Shown here: positions 11,101 through 18,953 of the stretch, in pieces
How positions within the stretch are numbered: position 1 is the stretch's first letter
How the letters are laid out: each line of letters begins with the position of its first letter
From: Euryarchaeota archaeon UBA52
GTDB taxonomy: Archaea; Thermoplasmatota; Poseidoniia; Poseidoniales; Thalassarchaeaceae
Direction: 5' to 3'
Assembly (NCBI GenBank): GCA_002505455.1
Contig: DAVB01000027.1
Location: forward strand, 4,134 to 55,780
Length of the DNA: 51,647 nucleotides
Translations under genes and position numbers: made by a program
Notes under the pieces: model-generated
Told to the model about the DNA's origin: nothing
The model's database searches: none
The model's input: the letters and a program-made list of their open reading frames with translations, nothing else

Positions 11101-13256
11101 CTGTGCCCTGCAACCATATCTGGCCTGATTTGGTGTGCTGCTAGGAGTCGGTCTATCGCCAAATCCGCAGTAAGCATGGCTGGCTGGGTATACTCTGTTT
11201 GGGTCAGCCTCCTCTGTGCCGCCTCCAAGTCGGCACCAGTAAGGTCGTTTGACAGAACCAGCCTTGAAAGAGAATCCTGGATTACGGGGCGCATTATCTC
11301 GTCTGCCTCAGCCCATGTTGAGTTGACCACCCCGTACCTCTGTGCTAAATCTAGAGTCATCCCCAGATACTGGCTGCCTTGGCCCGGATACATGTGTGCG
11401 AGTTTTGCATCGGGGTCAACGGGTTTTGTCTCGATCAAAATCTGTTGACTCGCAAGGAAGGAGTACCTTTCTGGGTCTTCGATACTGTCTATGGCGATTG
11501 AAAGCCTCTTCTCCAACTGGCCCCATGTGACTGCAACTATCGATAGTCTGATTCCTTCCGCTTTGAACTCCGAAGAATATGCTGGTAATTCTCTAGAAAG
11601 TCGTCTACCGGTTGGACTTTCATCAAATGTCGGCATCCCGTTGAACAGCTCTGAGGATGCGCGTTTGAGTCTCAGATGCATCTCTTCCAGGCTATCTGCA
11701 TTGAGGAGGAGTACTCCTCCCTCGAGGGCTTTCAGATGGTCCCACGAGAGTCGTTTGGTGTCATCTGAATCAGCTCTCCCGGCGAGTAAGTCGAGTCTGT
11801 TTCTCCAATTATTGGATAGTTCATTGTGAGTCTCGGGGTGATATTGCTCAAGGGCGATATGGAAATTCGTGCCTCCGAATCCGAAGGCGCTGACGCCTGC
11901 CCTCCTTGGGTGCGAGCCTGGCTCTGGCCATGACCCTGGGGTCGTAGGGACGTAAAATGGGACCTTTGCCCATGGTACGGTGTCGTTTGGCTCCTCGAAT
12001 CCAGCTGAAGGGGGTATTGTTCTGTTATGGAGCGCTAGAACTGCCTTGAGAATACCCGCAAGGCCTGCTGCGGCTTTGAGGTGTCCGATCTGCGACTTCA
12101 CAGACCCCACTGCCACCGAACCGGGCAGCAAGCTATCGCCATATGCTTGAGCCAGAGAGGCCAATTCTGTGGCGTCCCCTACAGACGTGCTGGTGCCATG
12201 GGCTTCAATCAACTCAACGCTAGAAAGATCGTACCCCGCCTGAGAGTATGCGCGATTTATCGCCTGGATTTGCCCTCGTTGACTGGGGGCTGTGATTCCC
12301 TTTCCACGGCCATCACTACTTGCCCCTATTCCTCTTATCACCGAGTATATTCTATCATTGTCGAGTAATGCGTCTTCGAGTCTTTTGAGAATCAAAGCGC
12401 CCGCTCCCTCCCCCATGACAAAGCCGTTCGCACGCCGATCAAAGGGGACTGAATGATTCGGAGATAGGGCCCCTATTGCACTGAATTTAGCGAATGTGGC
12501 TGGATCCATAGTTCGATCTGCAGCGCCTGCAATCATCATGTCTACCTGTCTTGAATGCAGAAGGTGGCAGGCATCGAGAACGGCAGCTATCGCTGAAGCG
12601 CACGCTGCATCCGTAGTGTAATTGGGGCCTTGTAGATCCAGAAGATTGGCCACTCTTCCAGCAACGACATTTGCAAGTTCACCAGGCATTGTATCTTCAT
12701 CAACGCGCGGGGAACCGTCGAGTATTGACTCCTTCAATTTTGAGAATTCTTCCTCGGATATGCCTACCTCCTTGGCGTGTCTCTCGTACCTGTCTATGAG
12801 GACTCTCTCGGTGGAACGAGTTCTGTTCTCGCCACCTAAGGCATTGGCAAAGACTACACCGGTGACCTCCCCGGGAATTGGAAGTCTTGCATTTTCTCCA
12901 AGATATCCGGCGTCCTCTAGAGCGGCTGCTGAGACGCTGACGGCCCACTGTTGGCAAGGGTCGATTTGCGGAAGTGTCCCCGGAGGAAGACGCCATCTCC
13001 TCCAATCAAATTCGTATCCGTGGACCCATGCCCCGATTTTGCTGTATGTCTTACCCTCCTTTACGTCCTTTGGACCACCTGGGACCCAATGGTCTTCAGA
13101 TCTCCACCGATCGCTGGGGAGTTGCCTGATGGAACATCTGGCATCCAAGACATTCTGCCAGAATTCAGCGACGTCTTTTGCGTCCGGAAGCAGGGCTCCC
13201 ACGCCTATTATTGCAATGGGCTCGAATGCCTCTTGGCCAGCACCTGAAGACTTCAT
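5151..13256 (-). CDS. PfaA-like iterative type I polyketide/fatty acid synthase: KS-AT-(degenerate ACP)-KS2-ACP-ACP-KR-DH
   Basis: KS1: DAACAS/EAHGTST/KSQIGH (about 11845-13223). AT: PGQGSQY, GHSLG, HAFH (about 10430-11405). KS2: NACAS/SHEPYT/KGYTGH (about 8590-9978). Two LGIDSIK ACPs. KR: SGGAAGVT, HGAG, YCAAN (about 6170-7005). DH: LNDHSISGVPYFPG (about 5200-6080). Confidence 0.95.
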   Translation of the reverse strand: MKSSGAGQEAFEPIAIIGVGALLPDAKDVAEFWQNVLDARCSIRQLPSDRWRSEDHWVPGGPKDVKEGKTYSKIGAWVHGYEFDWRRWRLPPGTLPQIDPCQQWAVSVSAAALEDAGYLGENARLPIPGEVTGVVFANALGGENRTRSTERVLIDRYERHAKEVGISEEEFSKLKESILDGSPRVDEDTMPGELANVVAGRVANLLDLQGPNYTTDAACASAIAAVLDACHLLHSRQVDMMIAGAADRTMDPATFAKFSAIGALSPNHSVPFDRRANGFVMGEGAGALILKRLEDALLDNDRIYSVIRGIGASSDGRGKGITAPSQRGQIQAINRAYSQAGYDLSSVELIEAHGTSTSVGDATELASLAQAYGDSLLPGSVAVGSVKSQIGHLKAAAGLAGILKAVLALHNRTIPPSAGFEEPNDTVPWAKVPFYVPTTPGSWPEPGSHPRRAGVSAFGFGGTNFHIALEQYHPETHNELSNNWRNRLDLLAGRADSDDTKRLSWDHLKALEGGVLLLNADSLEEMHLRLKRASSELFNGMPTFDESPTGRRLSRELPAYSSEFKAEGIRLSIVAVTWGQLEKRLSIAIDSIEDPERYSFLASQQILIETKPVDPDAKLAHMYPGQGSQYLGMTLDLAQRYGVVNSTWAEADEIMRPVIQDSLSRLVLSNDLTGADLEAAQRRLTQTEYTQPAMLTADLAIDRLLAAHQIRPDMVAGHSLGEYAALMVSGILSFQDAMRAAAARGTEMGSVDVPDPGLMAAIGAPEGSVLETIGQIDGYVIAANRNSPNSTVIAGETEAVRLAMKALSDAGATVIPLQTSHAFHTDIVAPANGPLKRFLESIDISLPDIPITANVDGSFYPSEAKDVRSAILGKLAPQMSSPVNWIDQIRTMHAAGARLFLEVGPKRALSSTVNEILGGDVKSSTTNHPKVGGIATFLGSLAFLSINGKQPIMDEWGSEILSSEFRSRPSDIDMAPESKDLEALRIRSRPLPTAQRENSIGHHVVAPDLMANSADLVARILAEETGYPANVLEGRVDLTELGLDDSKLSRVVEKLSKKGKFTGSKPEQISVVEDLVEWYGSKTTPEKFETAISEAPVVSGVSLGVPGMSEVFDEEVWDAILAGRNLISEISAEMKQKLVDKRIVRLVKSEDGTSRLVSADTFETVPQLAGIGGVFDLIEQYGIDPKLVEAFDVATSLAFASGLEALRDAGLPLFPIEQTNSSGMRVIRRWTLPESERDRTGVIFASVFPGLEKAIEHALKENSSEESQFDRKYLLQVLSMGHSQFASWIGARGPNLAINNACASTPAAFAIAEDWMARGRCDRVIIVSGDDSTSDTLMPWIGSGFAGAGAHAMGNVVEEVALPFDARRHGMLLGMGGAGFVLERLEDSKDRGVMPYVELLGAEIANSAFHPTRLDTDHAASVMESFVSRMENRWGLERSNMANRMTFMSHEPYTPPRGGSASAEVSALRHVFGRNASDILITNAKGYTGHPMGVGLEDAVVIRGLAAGVLPPVANHMVDDPALGTLNLCKGGQHELDLALRHGAGFGSQIALTLMRRLAVSDTERFDIDRISNWTLEASGGTNVDLRVIKRKLVAYVDADENLVGGVAGEKYSPEPISEPMASPTPDENIRPSAPQTKVKTPEVAPAAKPKSVGLKIPSDIDDTRVRVLKIVAEFTGYPQEFIEMDADMEGELGIDSIKQAEIMAEIRSTFALPLDEEFQLRDHPTLAHILVYISSMNGAQTIKQPDSTTQQAPDAPVPNVNSTVIAETVKSKSDEETLSRILPIVVQHTGYPQEFIEIDADMEGELGIDSIKQAEIMSDIRTEFNLEIDDEFQIRDHPTLRHVVAYVSGFDAKETTPVHDPGTLAKDERKTPPEIHRHSIEIENMASLSMGHLPSQILITRDRRGVADALSATLQSFGTSHIFVGEGENEAIRNVDTTLIHLAPLDAEGTLASDPEPLGWALSTHSLLKDFDTNPDVQVQTFVTVSALDGAHGFHGRGLNSAAAGIHGVAMSYGRERPKVSIRAIDLSPELLDNPESAALAILAEATRKTGPIEVGIAADLKRQRIALRISDAPPPNMSLDPSDVWIVSGGAAGVTAECMIRLASSDKSDSPTFILLGRTPLDPELANLANSDDGAMEDEKAQLKKHLDSISSSGKATLKQWEDAWQSRKRAIGIHSTLSRLRAAGATAEYVSVDVTSRSSVDSAIDSIISNHGPITGIVHGAGIEDSTPFDLKSDEIVKKVMDVKVGGWLAIYDSLSSRDQPVRFACSFTSVAGRLGNAAQLDYCAANRILDAEHARIFSEDMVSISIAWSPWAGAGMATRGSLETVFDRAGVDMIPVDEGARMFVEEVLGSVGTSVLIAGKLGTLDHRKSVRRKKVNLSPRASSEYGDPLTFPMIEQILKCDVDGKTVTSICLDPDSHRYLNDHSISGVPYFPGVMALEMMAETVSLCSNNGKVASFEDVEFGIPVKITRGIKEIRCTAEPIQHDGAEIAFSCTIESIAPGGLDQAITHHKAIAILRSSAGNEPIPDIIPEEEDGSRILASADIYNRMFHGPRFQPLIGVVASIQNENGRGIEARVHGIGDIPNPELFNMGVDEEQPGLIAHPMLIESCFQAAGLTSMDTDGADSLPVGARRIVLLDEIPDGSITVLSVRTGSSSDSSTLHDSVIRLDGAPVLKIDGLMMKPMAFLDVGERPGLLDAE
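7803..7890. repeat. 88-bp near-identical repeat, core of the second ACP
   Basis: Matches 8145-8232 at 85 of 88 positions by direct comparison. Confidence 0.9.
8145..8232. repeat. 88-bp near-identical repeat, core of the first ACP
   Basis: Matches 7803-7890 at 85 of 88 positions. Encodes TGYPQEFIEMDADMEGELGIDSIKQAEIM. Confidence 0.9.
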
Positions 13257-13260
13257 GGGA

Positions 13261-14067
13261 TCACTCGCTTATGTCATCAGGTACCATCGTAGAACTATAT
13301 CCAGCATCCACGTGAATTATCTGAGCGGTGACCCCAGAGGATAGCGGGCTCGCCAGCCATACGGCGGTTCCAGCCACGTCCATTTGATCGACGTTCCTAC
13401 GAAGGGGCGCATTTCGTTCAACGTGTGCCAGTATTCCATCAAATCCGGGTATGCCTGAAGCCGCAAGGGTGCGAATCGGACCTGCACTGATTGCATTTAC
13501 CCTGTGACCATCAGGGCCGAGCCTAGCAGCGATTTCTCTTACCCATGCCTCTAGTGCTGCTTTTGCTACACTCATCAAACCATAACTAGGGACGTGTCTG
13601 GTGCTTGCAGCGTATGTGAGGGTAATGGTGGAAGAGTTGGGAGCTAGATACGGCAACGCGTGTCTGACGATTCCTTGGAGGCTATGTGCGCTTATTCTCA
13701 AGGCTACGTCCATGGGGTCCATGTCCACGAAGAGGAGGTTTCTGTCGAATGCTTCTCTCGGGGCGAATCCGATTGCATGTACGATAATGTCTGCCTTAGA
13801 TCCGGGGGAATCACTCTGCCATGATTCGAAGAAGGATGCTGTTGAACCGTCCACGTTGACGTCTATTGGGTGTAATTCGGTCCCCTCGGGCAATGTGGCC
13901 ACTAACTGCTGGATCCTACTCCTGAATCTTGGTTGGAAGCCCAACACAAGAGAGCATCCGGCTTGAGCGAGTCTCTGGCATATTGCATAGGCGATACTGT
14001 CTTCAGAAGCGACGCCGAAAACCAGTGCTTTCTTGCCATCGAGTTTCATGATGGAATCGCTCACCAT
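13261..14067 (-). CDS. fabI: Enoyl-[ACP] reductase, FabI family
   Basis: GKKALVFGVASEDSIAYAI, VHAIGFAP, YGLMSVAKAALE (YxxMxxxK) and RVNAISAGPIRTLAASGI. Start is 14067 or 14049 rather than 14136. Confidence 0.9.
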   Translation of the reverse strand: MVSDSIMKLDGKKALVFGVASEDSIAYAICQRLAQAGCSLVLGFQPRFRSRIQQLVATLPEGTELHPIDVNVDGSTASFFESWQSDSPGSKADIIVHAIGFAPREAFDRNLLFVDMDPMDVALRISAHSLQGIVRHALPYLAPNSSTITLTYAASTRHVPSYGLMSVAKAALEAWVREIAARLGPDGHRVNAISAGPIRTLAASGIPGFDGILAHVERNAPLRRNVDQMDVAGTAVWLASPLSSGVTAQIIHVDAGYSSTMVPDDISE

Positions 14068-14141
14068 ATCGACCGTAAGAAGCACAGGGAGAGGGGTTAT
14101 TGACCGTTGGGCCTCAAAATCCGGGCTAGAGGCCATATATT

Positions 14142-15599
14142 TCAGGTAACTCTCAACGTCACAATGGCCTCGCTCATAGCATTCTTGTCATCTTTCACGC
14201 GTAAACGGAAAACATGAGTGCCCTTTCTTACTCTCACCTTTATCATAGGGGTGGAGCCTACAACTCGTTCACGCTCATCGAGCCATTCCCAGACATCGAT
14301 TTCACCATCCGGGTCATACGATGCGCTCCCATCTAGCAATATTTCTGCAGTGCCATCTTCACCAGATGCTACCGTTAGGTCTTCGCCAGCATCGGCTACT
14401 GGTGGTAAATTGATCATTCTGGCCTCTGAGGCTAATTCAGCAAGAAGATCTGGGTCCTCTTCATCCGCGATCTGCCCCTCAACTTCTTCGCCCATATCAT
14501 CGAGTATCCTGGTTACCTCTTCGCCAGTGTGCTGAAAACGAGTGTCTTCTTCGTCCGAGTAATTTGGAACATCGATCGTTGTCTTGTTTTGGGTCTCGGC
14601 ACTAGTCTCGTCCTCTACGCCCCCTTGAGGGTTGAATGCCCATGCGGATACTGCATCTGTTGAAGGGTCGACGCATACCGCGATCGACCTCCCATCGGAT
14701 GAACGAGTGATTGAGCAGGGGATGCCGTCCAACTCACACTTCCAAAGCATGACTCCGTCCCTAAGGCCGAATATATTGAACCAAATTCCAACACAGATTG
14801 TCTCGTCATAGCACGACAATGTGCTGATGCGTTGGTCGTCTAACTGAATCCTATCAGATTGCTGCCCTGATATCTCAATTTGAGTTACTCCGCCCATCAG
14901 GTCGCCCGCGATTACACCATGTTGAGTCGGTGTCATTGATGATATTGGGCGGTCGGTCTCAGAGCGATGTATCCGCCCATTTGAGATGTCCCAGCACTCT
15001 ATCCTACTTTCTGGCACAAGGTCGCCAATTCCGTCCAGGCACCTTCGTGAGGCGACAAGGGTTCCGGATGGACGGAATTCCATGCAAATGATGGACTCAA
15101 TCGATCCATCAGTAGGAGGAGATGTATGGACGATTTTACCCTCATTGGCTATCCACAATGTTCCGAATACACCTGAAGCTGCTATTGACCTGGAATTAAT
15201 TCGCACTGATTCAGATTCGCCAAATCCTTCAATGGCATGGACGTTTTTCTCCTCATCCATCCACCTAACCTCTCCATCGCTATCGAGTATCGCTGCACAA
15301 TTTCCTCCACTCACTATTTCCTCGATGGACGCTTCTGCGGTACCAGCAAATTCGGCCCCTGACTCGGACAGAACCTCAATTCTACCGTCATCATGACCGA
15401 GAATTATGCCCATCTCAGTCACCGCGACTGCAGATAGAGACTGAGGGACAACATGAGATGGAGGTTCCAAGGGGGAGAGTAGGTACTCTATTTTCGAGCC
15501 GTGTTTTGCAACCAGCAGCCCTCCACCGGGGAGAGTGCTCCAAATGATGTTTGCAGACGGTTCCAAGATGGGTTCGGACTCCAAAAGGCGTCCGGGCAT
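14142..15599 (-). CDS. Beta-propeller (WD40-like) protein with acidic linker and C-terminal PKD-like domain
   Basis: Blade-like repeats, then an acidic linker, then PPVADAGEDLTV...LDGSASYDPDGEI..WEW...GTHVFRLRVKDD, a PKD/REJ pattern. Confidence 0.65.
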   Translation of the reverse strand: MPGRLLESEPILEPSANIIWSTLPGGGLLVAKHGSKIEYLLSPLEPPSHVVPQSLSAVAVTEMGIILGHDDGRIEVLSESGAEFAGTAEASIEEIVSGGNCAAILDSDGEVRWMDEEKNVHAIEGFGESESVRINSRSIAASGVFGTLWIANEGKIVHTSPPTDGSIESIICMEFRPSGTLVASRRCLDGIGDLVPESRIECWDISNGRIHRSETDRPISSMTPTQHGVIAGDLMGGVTQIEISGQQSDRIQLDDQRISTLSCYDETICVGIWFNIFGLRDGVMLWKCELDGIPCSITRSSDGRSIAVCVDPSTDAVSAWAFNPQGGVEDETSAETQNKTTIDVPNYSDEEDTRFQHTGEEVTRILDDMGEEVEGQIADEEDPDLLAELASEARMINLPPVADAGEDLTVASGEDGTAEILLDGSASYDPDGEIDVWEWLDERERVVGSTPMIKVRVRKGTHVFRLRVKDDKNAMSEAIVTLRVT

Positions 15600-15641
15600 G
15601 ATTCAGGGGGACGGGGTGAATGCTTCATGGTTATCCAGCAC

Positions 15642-17147
15642 TTAAGATAAAACAGGTTCAGCGTCTTTCGCTGCATCTTTCCTTCTGGATTCAAGCCGAT
15701 TCAGATATTCCTCGTCGATTGTACCGGCGACGTACACCCCATCGAAGCACGAGCAGTCGAAAGTCACATCTCTCTCTGAAGCGCCCAGACAGGCGGTTAT
15801 CAGATCATCGAGTTTCTGATAAATCATCCAATCTGCACCGATAGCATCGCCTATCTCATCCACAGTTCGATTATGAGCGATGTACTCTTCCCTGGCGGGC
15901 ATATCGATTCCGTAGACATTAGGGTGTATTACCGGAGGTGCGCAACTGGCGAAAAAGACCTGCTCTGCCCCTGCTGACCTTGCCATCTCAACGATCCTCT
16001 TCGATGTATTGCCACGGACTATGCTATCATCCACGATCAAGACATTCTTGTTCTGAAATTCTCCAGCAATGGTGTTGAGTTTCTTTCTTACAGATTTCTT
16101 ACGGATGTTCTGTCCGGGCATTATGAATGTCCTGCCGATATACCGATTTTTGACAAATCCCTCCCTGTATTGGACGTCGAGAGTCCTTGCCAACTCTAGT
16201 GCTGCTATGCGGCCGCTATCTGGCACTGGCACAACAACATCGATCCCATGATTCGGGTTTTCCATCAGAATCCTCTCGCCCAGGATTCGCCCCATCTCAA
16301 GCCTCGCAGCATGCACAGAGACCCCGTCTATGGTGGAATCGGGCCTCGAAAAGTAGACGTGTTCAAAGATGCAGGGCCTGGGTTCGGTTACTGGAGCGCA
16401 TATCCTTGATGTAATTGCCCCATTAGATCTCACTATCACAGCCTCACCAGGCATCACATCTCTATCCAGTTTGAAGTCCAGCACATCAAGAGCGACACTC
16501 TCGGATGCGAATGCCCTCTCCACCATGCCATCTTGTGTGCGGGACCCCATGCACAATGGGCGTATCCCGTGTTTATCCCGTATGGCGATGACGCCCCAAC
16601 CAGTTATCATGGCCACAACAGAAAATGAGCCGGTTGCTCTCCTGTGGAGGCGCTCTACAGCGGCGAATACGGATTCCTCGTCCAATGTGCCACGGCCTGA
16701 AGGAGCATTCGAAATGGCGCGTTGAATTTCCGCTGCTAGTAGATTTAGCAAGGCCTCTGAATCCGAATCAGTGTTGATTCGTCGCCGGTCCACGTCGAAT
16801 AAATCGGCGATAAGCTCTTCCGAATTTGTAAGATTTCCATTGTGTGCTAGGCTGATCCCAAAGGGGGAGTTTGTGTAGAATGGTTGTGCCTCTGCAGCTG
16901 AGCTACTGCCTGCTGTAGGATATCGAACATGCCCTATACCCATTGAGCCGCGGAGAAGTTCGATGTGCTTTAGCTGGAATACATCACGAACTAATCCATT
17001 CGCCCTGCGATGGAAAACACGTGACTCGGTGCTTGTCAGCATGCCAGCAGCATCTTGGCCCCTGTGTTGTAATACAAGGAGGCCATCGTAGAGGGTGGGC
17101 GAGACGGTCGACCCCTCGATTCCGACAATACCGATAATGCCACACAT
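15642..17147 (-). CDS. purF: Amidophosphoribosyltransferase
   Basis: N-terminal MCGI nucleophile, LQHRGQDAAG, GHVRYPT, AHNGN and the VLIVDDSIVRG PRPP motif. Confidence 0.97.
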   Translation of the reverse strand: MCGIIGIVGIEGSTVSPTLYDGLLVLQHRGQDAAGMLTSTESRVFHRRANGLVRDVFQLKHIELLRGSMGIGHVRYPTAGSSSAAEAQPFYTNSPFGISLAHNGNLTNSEELIADLFDVDRRRINTDSDSEALLNLLAAEIQRAISNAPSGRGTLDEESVFAAVERLHRRATGSFSVVAMITGWGVIAIRDKHGIRPLCMGSRTQDGMVERAFASESVALDVLDFKLDRDVMPGEAVIVRSNGAITSRICAPVTEPRPCIFEHVYFSRPDSTIDGVSVHAARLEMGRILGERILMENPNHGIDVVVPVPDSGRIAALELARTLDVQYREGFVKNRYIGRTFIMPGQNIRKKSVRKKLNTIAGEFQNKNVLIVDDSIVRGNTSKRIVEMARSAGAEQVFFASCAPPVIHPNVYGIDMPAREEYIAHNRTVDEIGDAIGADWMIYQKLDDLITACLGASERDVTFDCSCFDGVYVAGTIDEEYLNRLESRRKDAAKDAEPVLS

Positions 17148-17208
17148 CGAGAACGCTCGGACCTTTGGCTGTCAGGACTTAGCCATTCCCCAGAAAGCAA
17201 GGGGTCGC

Positions 17209-17388
17209 TCAATCCGTCATTCGACGATTCTTCTTGGCCCATCTGTAGCCTCGCATGCGGGCAGTGACGCCGAATCCGCAAGAGGCGCATCTGGCCTTTG
17301 ACTTGTGATAGGAGTGCTTTCCACACCGCCTACATCGGATGTGGGTTTGCTTCTGCCTTTTTCCCATACTAGGTGTTCCCTTGGACAT
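17209..17388 (-). CDS. rpl37e: 50S ribosomal protein L37e
   Basis: [10 protein letters not shown]...[14 protein letters not shown]...CASCGFG. GGAGG SD upstream. Confidence 0.96.
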   Translation of the reverse strand: MSKGTPSMGKRQKQTHIRCRRCGKHSYHKSKARCASCGFGVTARMRGYRWAKKNRRMTD

Positions 17389-17439
17389 ATGCAACCCTCC
17401 TTGACGTTCGCGCGAACTGCCTTGCTGTTATGAGGCTTA

Positions 17440-17769
17440 TCACTCGCTATCTGATACTGAATCTGCCTCTTGAAAGACGGTTATATCGAATTCATTCGAA
17501 GTAGAGGCAGTGATTTTCAAGAGGAGAGGGGTAGCGACCAAAGGGGCCAGTGCGAGGAAGTACATCAGGGATATCAGTGATGAAGAAACCGACTCATATG
17601 GCACAGATGTAAGAAGATACAGGGCCACTGCAGAGAATGTCAAGGAGACGGCAATGAGTCTTCCAGGGGTATTTGCTCTCCTGTACGTGGAAATGACGTG
17701 AATTGTTAACCATACAAGTGAAATCGTGAATCCCACTGCAAACTCCTCTAAAAATGAGGCAGACATCAA
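17440..17769 (-). CDS. Hypothetical membrane protein (about 3 TM helices)
   Basis: Hydrophobic segments; start overlaps the stop of the upstream ORF. Confidence 0.55.
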   Translation of the reverse strand: MMSASFLEEFAVGFTISLVWLTIHVISTYRRANTPGRLIAVSLTFSAVALYLLTSVPYESVSSSLISLMYFLALAPLVATPLLLKITASTSNEFDITVFQEADSVSDSE

Positions 17770-18359
17770 TTCACACCCCCAAGATGATCTTCCACAATCT
17801 TACGGACATGTAGCCTCTCATCGTCATCAAGCCCTGGCGTAGGGGGTAGAGGCGGTTCGCTATATTCGGACCAAGCCACTATTGCTACAGCTGCGATTAG
17901 GCCTGAAATGATGCCTAGAACGATCGGGGCTGCGGAAAGTGCATCCCATATGCTGAATACGCCTCTCATCGGATCTAATAAATCGGCCCCGGGTCTGAAG
18001 AACATCGCCACAGAGATTGAAGAAATGACGAGTAGCCAACCAGAAAAGAGGGTTGCAGGTGAAATGCTGCCGTAAACTCTGGAGCCTCTTATCGTCAACA
18101 TCGAGCCAATTACGAGAAGAAGAGCCCATATGAAGAAATGGAGAAGGATCACACCCATGTCCGTTGAGGCGTCGTCGCCAGAGAACCGGCCATAGAAATC
18201 GGATGGGGAAAATACGTCGCGGCCGATTGCTAATAGGATTCCGATCGCAGCGATCACAAGGGCCATTCTGTATCTGAAGTCGGAGGGGCCCATCCTATTC
18301 CATGAGATAGAAACCAGTACGAGAACCCCGCCTGCTACTCTCAGGAAAGGGGCGTCCAT
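17766..18359 (-). CDS. Hypothetical membrane protein (about 5 TM helices)
   Basis: Likely start MDAPF at 18359, with TTCAAG 22 nt upstream. The longer ORF call would overlap rpl44e. Confidence 0.6.
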   Translation of the reverse strand: MDAPFLRVAGGVLVLVSISWNRMGPSDFRYRMALVIAAIGILLAIGRDVFSPSDFYGRFSGDDASTDMGVILLHFFIWALLLVIGSMLTIRGSRVYGSISPATLFSGWLLVISSISVAMFFRPGADLLDPMRGVFSIWDALSAAPIVLGIISGLIAAVAIVAWSEYSEPPLPPTPGLDDDERLHVRKIVEDHLGGVN

Positions 18360-18479
18360 GGTACGCGGAGAGGGTATATGGCTTGAAAGAGATGGGGAGA
18401 TGCAGAGCCCTATCAGATGACGAGTGGTATCGCCACACTCAAATAGGAACCGTCGGTGGACGGCTCGCTGGTGGTACAA

Positions 18480-18761
18480 ATGGTAAAGCGCCCACGTAAG
18501 GTAATGCGTTACAGTCCATCTGCTGGCAAGCACACTGAACATACAGTGGAGCGCGTAAAGAAACGTCGCGCAAGTGAATTAAAATGGGGTCAGCGTAGAT
18601 TCCGAAGAGTCACTGCTGGTTACCGTGGTTTCCCTCGTCCGAAACCTTCAGGGGAGAAGCCCACGAAACGCGTGAATCTGTTGTACAGGTGCACTGAAAC
18701 TGGTAAGGCGCACCAACCTGCAGCTAAGAGGGCAAAGAAGTTCGAACTCGTGGATAGGTGA
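18480..18761 (+). CDS. rpl44e: 50S ribosomal protein L44e (eL42)
   Basis: KHTEHTV, LKWGQRRFRR...GYRGFPRPKPSGEKPTKRVNL..RC..GKAH. First gene of the conserved rpl44e-rps27e-aIF2a-nop10-PAC2 cluster. Confidence 0.95.
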   Translation: MVKRPRKVMRYSPSAGKHTEHTVERVKKRRASELKWGQRRFRRVTAGYRGFPRPKPSGEKPTKRVNLLYRCTETGKAHQPAAKRAKKFELVDR

Positions 18762-18766
18762 TCCAG

Positions 18767-18940
18767 ATGGGTGGCGCAAATTTTCTCAGAGTTAGTTGCA
18801 ATGACTGCGGTAACGAGGCCGTGGTGTTCAGTCGTGCATCTTCCGTCATATCGTGCCCCGTGTGTGGGAGCACCCTAGCAATGCCAAAGGGCGGTAAGGC
18901 CGACTTAGTGGGTAGCAGCTTAATTGAAGCCCTCGAGTGA
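18767..18940 (+). CDS. rps27e: 30S ribosomal protein S27e
   Basis: FLRVSCNDCGNEAVVF...CPVCGSTLAMPKGGKA. GGTGA SD upstream. Confidence 0.95.
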   Translation: MGGANFLRVSCNDCGNEAVVFSRASSVISCPVCGSTLAMPKGGKADLVGSSLIEALE

Positions 18941-18953
18941 AGGGGGTTCGACA

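Noticed and set aside
5151-13256. Calling the synthase a canonical EPA/DHA pfaA
   Set aside because: No pfaB/C/D and no FabA-like DH, only two intact ACPs, and an extra KS. PUFA production is not supported.
18360-18542. N-terminal extension of the 17766..18542 ORF
   Set aside because: It overlaps rpl44e and its promoter on the opposite strand; ATG 18359 fits better.
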